From a virus, in the IMG/VR virus record IMGVR_UViG_3300031576_000024, positions 1 through 64,000 of that record: a stretch of DNA of 64,000 bases. One strand, written 5' to 3'. The notes under the pieces are model-generated. The model was given only the letters and a program-made list of their open reading frames with translations, was not told where the DNA came from and did no database searches. A program made the translations under genes and the position numbers. Positions 57,121 through 64,000 of the stretch are shown one piece after another. Every line of letters starts with the position of its first letter. The stretch's first letter is position 1.

Positions 57121-57378
57121 TTAGAAACCGTAGATTACCAGTACGCCTGTTTCTGCTACAAGGCCAGCGTTTGTAAGCGTGATTGTGCGCCCGCTGATCT
57201 CTACTAATGTTCCAACATCGTTTGCGGCTACTGTCGCTGATGTGGGTACGAAATAAGCAAATACCGGACGTTGAAGGTTCGATGTAACCGTATCGGCAGA
57301 GTTTACCGCTGATAGGTTAATTACTTCCTTCTTCATCGGTCCTTCTACCGCTGTGAATCTTTGAGATACTGTTGCCAT
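57121..57378 (-). CDS. Small beta-rich protein (capsid decoration-like)
   Basis: T/V/A-rich, downstream of the capsid gene, GGAG RBS. Confidence 0.55.
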   Translation of the reverse strand: MATVSQRFTAVEGPMKKEVINLSAVNSADTVTSNLQRPVFAYFVPTSATVAANDVGTLVEISGRTITLTNAGLVAETGVLVIYGF

Positions 57379-57387
57379 TACTGTCTC

Positions 57388-57570
57388 CTATTTGAGAATT
57401 TCTATTTCTCTCTTCTTGAGTGTTCGAGCACGTCTATCATTGGACACCTTTGCGGCCCAATTTACTCGCATGCTTTTCTTACAATCGGAGCAGTAGTCCC
57501 TAGAGATAGCACCTTCCTTTAAGAAGATAACATCTTTGCATCGAGTACAAATTGCTTCGGTTGTGTTCAT
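57388..57570 (-). CDS. Small zinc-finger protein
   Basis: CTRC...CSDC. Confidence 0.5.
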   Translation of the reverse strand: MNTTEAICTRCKDVIFLKEGAISRDYCSDCKKSMRVNWAAKVSNDRRARTLKKREIEILK

Positions 57571-57578
57571 AAAGGGTC

Positions 57579-57616
57579 AAAAAAATGGGGGCGCATGGGT
57601 TACATACACCCCCATT
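57579..57616 (-). terminator. Intrinsic terminator
   Basis: AATGGGG...CCCCATT stem followed by a T-run on the - strand. Confidence 0.75.
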
Positions 57617-57646
57617 CCTTATTTCTGTGCTATAAGCTATGTTAGC

Positions 57647-58024
57647 TTATAGAAGTTCGACATCCATTACAGAGTCGCCTTCAGCTACGAACGATAGTTC
57701 GCTTGTAGAGCTAGCGTCTTGGAATACACCGCTTGTTGTTAGCACTTCAAACACATAGAATTGCTGTGCTGAAGCTGAGTAAACGGCTGTTCTAACAACA
57801 GTGTTGCCGTGTTCCTCTACTACCTTCAGAGAAATATGGTCGATAGTCGATAGTCCTACGTCAGCGGGCGTCAGGCGTTCACCTTCGCCCGGGCTTCCGC
57901 CGGCCGCTGCTGTTAAGGTGATACGACCTACTGTTCTCGTCTTTCCCTGTACCGGAACACCACCTGCGGTGCGCCCTGCGCCGGGAATCCATTGCTTAAA
58001 TGTCGGTTTAACTGTTCTTGCCAT
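57647..58024 (-). CDS. Capsid decoration/cement-like protein
   Basis: GE.LTPADVGLSTID, beta-rich, ends FVAEG; position after the capsid gene. Confidence 0.55.
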   Translation of the reverse strand: MARTVKPTFKQWIPGAGRTAGGVPVQGKTRTVGRITLTAAAGGSPGEGERLTPADVGLSTIDHISLKVVEEHGNTVVRTAVYSASAQQFYVFEVLTTSGVFQDASSTSELSFVAEGDSVMDVELL

Positions 58025-58129
58025 TGTCTTTTCCTTTTTCTCAAAGTTATCCTTTCCTCATGGGAATAGCCTTACTTCAAATTTGATTGTGAACGAGCGT
58101 TCCTCACACCCTTTGTATGAAACTATACG

Positions 58130-58453
58130 CTATACGTCTTCGTCTTCGTTAAAGTTCTGCGCGCCTTGGTGTACAGAGACAATGAGTACATCATCGCCTA
58201 CTGCTCCTGCGAGCGTTACTGTTCTGAAAACGCCATCTGAGTCTGCATCTGATGCAGTTACCGTTACAGTAGGATCGCCGCTTCTTTCAAGCTGCTTTAC
58301 TGAAGCTGTTGAACTTGCAGGTTCAGCTAGAGTCGGGATTCTAAATGTGTCCGATGCTGATACTAGCTTAAAACCATGAACGCCAACTACGACGCCACGA
58401 GTCTTATCACGTAGATCAAACCATTGCTGCGATTTAGGAGTAATTAATGCCAT
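58130..58453 (-). CDS. Small beta-rich virion protein (paralog of 58464-58748)
   Basis: PTVTVTASDADSD...TVTLAG...IVSVHQ. Confidence 0.6.
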   Translation of the reverse strand: MALITPKSQQWFDLRDKTRGVVVGVHGFKLVSASDTFRIPTLAEPASSTASVKQLERSGDPTVTVTASDADSDGVFRTVTLAGAVGDDVLIVSVHQGAQNFNEDEDV

Positions 58454-58463
58454 CTAAAGCTCC

Positions 58464-58748
58464 TTATCCCTTTGAACCGGCTACTGCTGTTTGGTGATAT
58501 GTAATCACGTCTACTAGACCTGACCCACCACCTGAAACAGTAACGTTCTTTTGGAAGTCTGAATCGCTCGAACCCAGAGTAACAGTAGGTGCAGTTTGTC
58601 CATCAGTAGGTACCGCACGAACGATATCTGCTGACTGATCTACGCTAACTGTGTTTGATCCGCCGTCGTGTCGAACCTGGGTAATGACGTATTGGCGTCT
58701 ACCTAGTCCTTCAACTTGTTTCTGTCCTAAAATGCCTAGTGAAGCCAT
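58464..58748 (-). CDS. Small beta-rich virion protein
   Basis: PTVTLGSSDSD...NVTVSG...VITYHQ. Confidence 0.6.
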   Translation of the reverse strand: MASLGILGQKQVEGLGRRQYVITQVRHDGGSNTVSVDQSADIVRAVPTDGQTAPTVTLGSSDSDFQKNVTVSGGGSGLVDVITYHQTAVAGSKG

Positions 58749-58751
58749 TGC

Positions 58752-59357
58752 TTACTCCTTTATTGAAAAGCCTGTTTTACCATGTTTTATCTTAGAAACA
58801 TGTGTTTGGTGTACACCAAATCTTTTTGCTATATCAGTAACTCTGTCACCGTTAGACAAAGCCTGTTTTATATCTAATAACCTTTGTTTGATTTCTAGCG
58901 GAACATCTCTCCTTTGACAAGTTGACATATTCTGTCTCGCTACACCTGATATCTTTCTACCAAGCTGTGCTTGACTTTGCTTTAATTTAGCCTCTAAAGA
59001 TCGCTTCTTACCTTTATTAGCTTTAGAAATCTTCTGTCTAACTAACTCAGGCATACTATCATGAGATAGGTTACCTTTACTTAGTATATTATATCCAAAT
59101 GGACTTAATGAATTAAATCGCTTAATCAATTCTTCCTCCATAGCATTTGCTGTGTCAGAGGAACAATGTGATGTGTAAATTACTACTAATTTATCAAGAC
59201 CATGTTTATTAATAGCATTAGTCAATAAATAACCTCTGCCACAATTAGCATTATACACATGTCTTGAAATACGATCTAACGGGTATTTTGTAGTTTGACC
59301 TACATAATGTTTACCGTTCATCGTATTCTTTATAACGTATAGTGAACGATCCGTCAT
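58752..59357 (-). CDS. GIY-YIG homing endonuclease with NUMOD3 and HTH
   Basis: SLYVIKN.MNGKHYVGQT, GYN, RQKISKANKGKKRS; AT-rich. Confidence 0.88.
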   Translation of the reverse strand: MTDRSLYVIKNTMNGKHYVGQTTKYPLDRISRHVYNANCGRGYLLTNAINKHGLDKLVVIYTSHCSSDTANAMEEELIKRFNSLSPFGYNILSKGNLSHDSMPELVRQKISKANKGKKRSLEAKLKQSQAQLGRKISGVARQNMSTCQRRDVPLEIKQRLLDIKQALSNGDRVTDIAKRFGVHQTHVSKIKHGKTGFSIKE

Positions 59358-59548
59358 CGGTTAGCATGCACGCTTATTAGGCATTCCACAAGACCAAGGG
59401 CTACAGAAACAGTGAAGCCGTCGTCAGTTTTATTCTGCCACGGCGTTAATCTTACATGAACACCTAACGCTATACCAGCATTAGCTCGTACCGTTAGTTT
59501 CCAAAATTCAAAAAACTCTAACGAGCCAATTGCTGACAAGAAGTTCAT
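59354..59548 (-). CDS. Hypothetical protein
   Basis: ATGA-coupled small ORF. Confidence 0.45.
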   Translation of the reverse strand: MNFLSAIGSLEFFEFWKLTVRANAGIALGVHVRLTPWQNKTDDGFTVSVALGLVECLISVHANR

Positions 59549-59826
59549 TTGTTCAAACGATCCTCAATCTTCTTTAGTTCGTGATCCTTAACTGTCTTTC
59601 TGACCTTATCAAGCCACGCCATCTTCTTAGGATCTTCGCAGTCTGCCAGCCCAAGAGCATCATCTAGCTCCTTAGCCTTGGCTACTAGTTCCTCAAAGAT
59701 ATCTAACGGTGTCTTTGGTTTAACAGCATCATATGTGAGCTTAACCGTGTTGTCCCATACTTGAGGCACCCACTTATAAGGTTGGATCGGATAATACTGT
59801 TCAAATATCATACTCACGACGCACAT
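59545..59826 (-). CDS. Hypothetical protein (MCVVSM...DCED family)
   Basis: AGGAG RBS before ATG 59826; the longer track ORF runs through the terminator. Confidence 0.65.
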   Translation of the reverse strand: MCVVSMIFEQYYPIQPYKWVPQVWDNTVKLTYDAVKPKTPLDIFEELVAKAKELDDALGLADCEDPKKMAWLDKVRKTVKDHELKKIEDRLNK

Positions 59827-59862
59827 GTTAATCTCCTGTTCATGCTTAATTATACCATAAAC

Positions 59863-59904
59863 AAAAACCCCGGGAGAAAGAATGTTTAGTTCTCTCTCCC
59901 GGGG
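59863..59904 (-). terminator. Intrinsic terminator after the major capsid gene
   Basis: CCCCGGGAGA...TCTCCCGGGG followed by TTTTTGTTT. Confidence 0.85.
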
Positions 59905-59933
59905 CACGTTTTTAGACTAACTGATTACTCAGA

Positions 59934-61145
59934 TTAGTACGTTGGGAGTGTTAGGTTCGTGATTTTAGCACTCTGGTTAAGATAGCGCCCGACTGTTTCC
60001 TTATATGCTTTCATAAGGACAGTAAAGGCATCCTGCCCAGGTATCCAGGTCATGTTAACCCGTTCGTCAATTGATAGCGGGCGAATTACGCCTCTTTCAA
60101 TCGCATCTAGGTTAAGGAAGAACACTTGATCCGGTAGTGCTGCCCAGGTTACAAGCCAAGGACGACCCTCGAAAGTAGTCAATTCTTGACGTGCGCCAAG
60201 TTCAAGCGTCATGTCATTGAAGCGCCGGAACGGTAGGGCAATTTCAGTATAGCGGTCGTACTGATCGTGGTTTGAAATCATAGCGAACCCGCTTAGGCTC
60301 TCTACGGCTGTTTCGATCATCAGACGCTTACGTAGTCTACGTAGCATGCTTTCGTCAAGCGCTGTTGATGCAGCATTGATTACTTGGCTTTGTAGAATCG
60401 GGAAGGTTGTTCTCGAAACGTTGTAGATTGATCCTGTTGCTGATACTAGAGCAGGAAGCCCTAGCATTGTTACGTCAACAGGCGGTGCTGTACCACTTTG
60501 TTCGTTAGCAATGTAAACGCCGTCATTGTCTGACAGAGTTACTGCTGCGGACACAGTGATTGTGCTGTTTGCTACGCTTCTGCTCTGTACTTGAACCGGA
60601 CCAGCTTGGGTAATACCCGTGCTGTTGTTCAAGAACACTACAACTTGTCCTGAGCGGAAAGTTCTAGCGTCGTCTACAGTGATTACTGTAGCTGCTACGT
60701 GAGCACCGTTAACGTTAGTTAGGCGGCCTGTTCCATCTGAACGAAGGAACGTAGTTTCAAAGTTTGCACCAGCGCGCTTTACGGCTTGGCTGATTGCGTC
60801 GGTAATACCGGCAGCGAATGCGTCTTCACCACCTCTGCGGCTAACAGCTTCGGCTAGTCCTGAGAAGGTTACTACGTGGTAGTATTTCTTAGGAGTTACA
60901 CGAGCCTGCTTGACACGTTCATTACCTGCTGAGGGTAGAGTATTGTCTTCTGCCGCGCGCCATCCACCGCCGCTTTCATTTCCGTCAATTCTGACTGCGA
61001 AGAACGCACCTTCACCCGATGGGGTGAATCTGTTGTTTTCCTTCAGCCGTGAATAGACAGGAGCAGAAAGTTGCTGCATTTGGCCGATAAAATCGACCAC
61101 ATAGCGACGTAGAAGTAAGTCACCTAATGTACTAACTGTTTCCAT
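59934..61145 (-). CDS. Major capsid protein (HK97 fold)
   Basis: 403 aa, follows the scaffold gene, followed by a strong terminator; E-loop-like AEDNTLP and C-terminal AKITNL. Confidence 0.82.
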   Translation of the reverse strand: METVSTLGDLLLRRYVVDFIGQMQQLSAPVYSRLKENNRFTPSGEGAFFAVRIDGNESGGGWRAAEDNTLPSAGNERVKQARVTPKKYYHVVTFSGLAEAVSRRGGEDAFAAGITDAISQAVKRAGANFETTFLRSDGTGRLTNVNGAHVAATVITVDDARTFRSGQVVVFLNNSTGITQAGPVQVQSRSVANSTITVSAAVTLSDNDGVYIANEQSGTAPPVDVTMLGLPALVSATGSIYNVSRTTFPILQSQVINAASTALDESMLRRLRKRLMIETAVESLSGFAMISNHDQYDRYTEIALPFRRFNDMTLELGARQELTTFEGRPWLVTWAALPDQVFFLNLDAIERGVIRPLSIDERVNMTWIPGQDAFTVLMKAYKETVGRYLNQSAKITNLTLPTY

Positions 61146-61201
61146 TTGTTTACTTAATTTCCATCTTTAACTCAACAGTAGAGTCATACTAACCTTTAGT
61201 C

Positions 61202-62122
61202 TTAACGACGACCCATTTTCATGACTCTAGCAAGAGCGTTGCGGAAATCTTCGTCCGAGTGTTCGGCTCCGATAACCTTACCTTCTGCTGTAGTCTTGAC
61301 TTTGCCCCAATCCTTATCAAGAATGCCTTTTAGTTCATCCTCAGGTTTGACGGCAAGAGTCGTTGTTTCTGCGCCTTGTTGAGCTTTCTGTTCAAACTGA
61401 CTAATCTTTAACTTCAATGCCCCGCGCGGTTCGCCATAGGTTTCTACAACGTTCTTCAAAGAAGCTAGCAGCTCTTGTCTTAGACTATCGGGGTTCTCCT
61501 CGATACTGTCCCAATCCGTTGCCGGAGTCCAGAGCTTAGCAATAGCTTCCTTATCTTGTACGTCGTACTCATCGCCTAGAGCGTCGAGCATTTGCTCACT
61601 AACGGTCTGTACTTGCTGCCAAAGCATGTCTGCTCTAGCTTGTGCAAGTGCATCCTCTAGTTGCACTTTATGGTCGTCAAGGAGTCTCTTGGTAGCTACT
61701 TCGCCTTGCTTTTCAGTCTTATCGCCTGTCTCAACTTCTTCATGGATGCCCTTCAGAGCCCTATCCAAAGTTTCAACAAGAGGCTTGTAGCGATCATCTT
61801 GAGCGAGCCCGCGTAGACGTTCGATAACATCATTCGCGCTTTCAAGTTGCACCAGCTTTACGCTAAGCTCCTTGTCTCTCTCTGTCAATACATCAAGCTT
61901 GGCCGTAGCCTTCTCTAATGCGTCAACCTTTTCCTTGAACCGATCATACGGTACCGACTGACTTTTTTCCTGTGCCTTCTGGCCGGGTTTAGTAGTCTGT
62001 TCCGCGCTAGCTTTAGTTTCTGAGCCTGCCGGCTTGTCTAAAGCTTCCTTAACACTACCGGCCGCGGTAGCATCGTCATCGTTAACGGCCTGATTTAACT
62101 TGTCCATTATTTCGTTAGACAT
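61202..62122 (-). CDS. Capsid scaffolding protein
   Basis: Acidic disordered N-terminus, VPYDRFKE motif, coiled coil; directly upstream of the capsid gene. Confidence 0.78.
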   Translation of the reverse strand: MSNEIMDKLNQAVNDDDATAAGSVKEALDKPAGSETKASAEQTTKPGQKAQEKSQSVPYDRFKEKVDALEKATAKLDVLTERDKELSVKLVQLESANDVIERLRGLAQDDRYKPLVETLDRALKGIHEEVETGDKTEKQGEVATKRLLDDHKVQLEDALAQARADMLWQQVQTVSEQMLDALGDEYDVQDKEAIAKLWTPATDWDSIEENPDSLRQELLASLKNVVETYGEPRGALKLKISQFEQKAQQGAETTTLAVKPEDELKGILDKDWGKVKTTAEGKVIGAEHSDEDFRNALARVMKMGRR

Positions 62123-62140
62123 TCGATTATCTCCAATTAA

Positions 62141-62235
62141 CGCCCTGGGAGAAGGATGGGCGAAGGTTTACTTTTACGCGCGAGAGGGCAACCCAAAATT
62201 GGGATAGTATTTACTACTCGCTAATGGTTAAAAGT
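62141..62235 (-). promoter_or_regulatory. Structured 5' leader of the scaffold-capsid transcript
   Basis: Nested helices ACTTTTA/TAAAAGT, GCGAG/CTCGC, CCCA/TGGG, TAGT/ACTA, plus a CGCCC/GGGCG hairpin beside the RBS. Confidence 0.55.
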
Positions 62236-62257
62236 CCTCAGACTTCATACCTACTTA

Positions 62258-62274
62258 ATTATACCTTTATCTTT
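62258..62274 (-). promoter_or_regulatory. Promoter-like motif copy (AAAGATAAAGGTATAAT)
   Basis: Intergenic, upstream of the scaffold leader. Confidence 0.7.
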
Positions 62275-62300
62275 GCAAGATACACCAGTTATTTAGAATA

Positions 62301-62361
62301 CCCCAGCACAGCGGGGGAGGTACACTGTGCTGGGGCTAGGCTGCACCGGGAGAAGTGCAGC
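62301..62361. terminator. Two GC-rich hairpins (probable terminator or processing site)
   Basis: CCCCAGCACAG/CTGTGCTGGGG and GCTGCAC/GTGCAGC. Confidence 0.55.
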
Positions 62362-62374
62362 GCTTAACGTTTAC

Positions 62375-62611
62375 TTACCTATAGCCGCGTCCCTTAAAGA
62401 CACGCATTACATCTTCGGCTTCCTCAAATGCCCCACGCTGCGCGCCTATTGTACTTTTAACCTTTGGAGTCAGCTTTGGAGTTATCTTCGGTCCCATCTT
62501 AAAAGTAGATTTTGGATTTGTATACTTAGGCAAAGGCATCAAAGTTGCCGGTAACTCATACTTATACCTATGAGGTTTCGTAGCCAATTGTTTTAATCTA
62601 CCAGTAGCCAT
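62375..62611 (-). CDS. Small basic protein
   Basis: K/P-rich (PKITPKLTPKVK); GGAG RBS. Confidence 0.6.
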   Translation of the reverse strand: MATGRLKQLATKPHRYKYELPATLMPLPKYTNPKSTFKMGPKITPKLTPKVKSTIGAQRGAFEEAEDVMRVFKGRGYR

Positions 62612-62619
62612 TGTTTCTC

Positions 62620-62931
62620 CTAACCATAAAGTCCGCCCAGGCCACCTTGAGACGGCTTCAAACCTTGAACGCTAGTGCCGGGCATTGAATTTTGCATCCC
62701 AATCATAGGAGATTGCAGTGCCTTGTCCTTAAGTTTTCTTTTTCTTGATGCTGGTAGGTTAACCAATCCGTCTTGATCTTGACGTAATCTTTCTTCCTGA
62801 GCCATATTAGTCAATTGTGGCTGTTGTTGATAGAAAGCCATATTCTGACTATTAGCTCGTGCGAGCGCTCCCGATAGCGGGCGCTGAAGCATGCTATTGC
62901 CAAGGGCTTGTACGTTACTTAGGATGGGCAT
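62620..62931 (-). CDS. Low-complexity Q/G/M-rich protein
   Basis: Coupled ORF. Confidence 0.6.
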   Translation of the reverse strand: MPILSNVQALGNSMLQRPLSGALARANSQNMAFYQQQPQLTNMAQEERLRQDQDGLVNLPASRKRKLKDKALQSPMIGMQNSMPGTSVQGLKPSQGGLGGLYG

Positions 62932-63161
62932 TATTTCTTCTTTCGAGCCTCAAAGACTTTCTTTTGCATATCGCGTGCGCGTCGTTCAGCTTTTACATAT
63001 GAACTTTCTTCTAGGAACTCACCCCAAGGCTGTCCTTCTCTAGTTTCCCTCTTCCACGTTCCTGCTGTCTTAACTTTACCGCCATCGAATACAGATACAT
63101 ATTTAGTACCAGATGCAGCAGCTTTCGTAGCCTTTTCTTTGAGATAACCTATAGTTGCCAT
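62931..63161 (-). CDS. Small basic protein
   Basis: TAATG coupling. Confidence 0.6.
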   Translation of the reverse strand: MATIGYLKEKATKAAASGTKYVSVFDGGKVKTAGTWKRETREGQPWGEFLEESSYVKAERRARDMQKKVFEARKKK

Positions 63162-63250
63162 TATTCAAACTTCTCCGGTCTGGTCTTGATTCCAGGCTTA
63201 TGACTTCTCATCTGTCTAACATCACGTTGTATGCTCTTTAACACAGGCAT
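63161..63250 (-). CDS. 29-aa basic peptide
   Basis: MPVLKSIQRDVRQMRSHKPGIKTRPEKFE; fills the operon gap; homologous to the end of 63768-63968. Confidence 0.55.
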   Translation of the reverse strand: MPVLKSIQRDVRQMRSHKPGIKTRPEKFE

Positions 63251-63252
63251 CC

Positions 63253-63768
63253 CTAATCCATCTTCAATACTTTGGTTTTACGACGTTGTTTCATAGCATC
63301 TTTAATCATACGTGTACCTAGTTTAGCATCTTGTTCTTGCTTCTTTAAACTATGAAGTTTAAGAACACCGTAACCTAATTCTGCTGCTGTTCCAATTAAA
63401 CCTGCTCCGACGGGGAAACGATGGCGGCCTACCATACCAGTGCCAGCATTTTTTGTCATGTTAACTAGTCCGCGTGTTACTGCCTTATTTCTTAGATACT
63501 TACCTGCATTAGCTCGCCCGATAGGATTTCTAGTAGTAAGTCTAGTAATGTCTGACTTTAGTTTCTTAGGAGTATCGTAGGCTCTCATATCGGGATTGGC
63601 GTCATACGTTACATCTGCAAGACGCCTTCTCTCAAGAGTCGAGAAACTTCTAGGGCCACTACGTTCGATAACTCTAGGGCCACTACGTCCGATAACTCTA
63701 GTTATAGTGTCACCTGTGCGCCGAGTGCCGCTCGTAGGGCGTGTATTTGTTCTGCGTTCTTCAGACAT
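63253..63768 (-). CDS. Arg/Lys-rich protein
   Basis: Very basic; contains a 24-bp repeat. Confidence 0.65.
   Translation of the reverse strand: MSEERRTNTRPTSGTRRTGDTITRVIGRSGPRVIERSGPRSFSTLERRRLADVTYDANPDMRAYDTPKKLKSDITRLTTRNPIGRANAGKYLRNKAVTRGLVNMTKNAGTGMVGRHRFPVGAGLIGTAAELGYGVLKLHSLKKQEQDAKLGTRMIKDAMKQRRKTKVLKMD
63649..63701. repeat. 24-bp tandem repeat (RVIxRSGP x2)
   Basis: TCTAGGGCCACTACGT(T/C)CGATAAC x2 plus TCTAG. Confidence 0.9.
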
Positions 63769-63968
63769 TACTTGAATTCCTCTGCACGTTGTTTCTTACC
63801 AGGACTTGATCTTAATTGTCTAACATCACGTTGACCCATAGCAGGTACTCCAGGGTATTCTCCTGACTCGCCACGTCTCATTAGCTTCTGAACTTCGTAT
63901 ACAGTACGTCCGTATTGGGCTTCTGCTTTTCTGCGAAGACGACCAACAAACTCATTCTTAGTATCCAT
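63768..63968 (-). CDS. Small basic protein (true start may lie further upstream)
   Basis: TAATG coupling to the downstream gene. Confidence 0.55.
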   Translation of the reverse strand: MDTKNEFVGRLRRKAEAQYGRTVYEVQKLMRRGESGEYPGVPAMGQRDVRQLRSSPGKKQRAEEFK

Positions 63969-64000
63969 GTGCTGTAGAATGCCAAAGGTTGCCCCAGACG

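Noticed and set aside
58025-58129. Possible structured RNA between decoration-like genes
   Set aside because: Only short imperfect hairpins; no recognisable motif.
59827-59907. N-terminal extension of ORF 59545-59907
   Set aside because: It runs through the capsid terminator and promoter-like site; a better RBS and ATG lie at 59826.
2261-62554. Numerous antisense or overlapping ORFs in the track (e.g. 9824-10342, 20003-20518, 28087-28551, 43972-44493, 57801-58379)
   Set aside because: They shadow well-supported genes on the other strand or frame and show no motifs or RBS.
1-64000. CRISPR array, DGR or retron
   Set aside because: No regularly spaced repeats, cas genes or reverse transcriptase motifs seen; the repeats found are two-copy tandem duplications.

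Overview
A 64-kb piece of a large tailed dsDNA phage genome (Caudoviricetes; host not determinable from sequence), with four blocks. (1) 1-4.1 kb, + strand: end of a glycan-modification operon (GT17-like, two SAM methyltransferases, an intein-containing NDP-sugar epimerase). (2) 4.2-8.2 kb, - strand: small uncharacterised genes, including a degenerate Dbr1/Cwf19-like phosphoesterase and a repeated Cys/His module. (3) 8.3-40.2 kb, + strand: replication, recombination and nucleotide metabolism (patatin, helicase, primase, UDG-fused PolA, SSB, RecA, Mre11/Rad50-like pair, ClpP-like, class II RNR, MazG, ThyX, DUF5664), then a second glycosyltransferase cluster interleaved with a GGQ hydrolase and a peptide deformylase. 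(4) 40.2-64 kb, - strand: podovirus-like virion module (scaffold, capsid, decoration-like proteins, adaptor, nozzle, three ejection-type proteins), many small basic proteins and one atypical tRNA-Met(CAU). About 13 homing-endonuclease-type elements are present at all stages of decay, and a 17-bp promoter-like motif (AAAGATWAAGGTATAAT) recurs. No CRISPR array, integrase, terminase or portal is visible. All calls come from motif recognition by eye; no searches were run.
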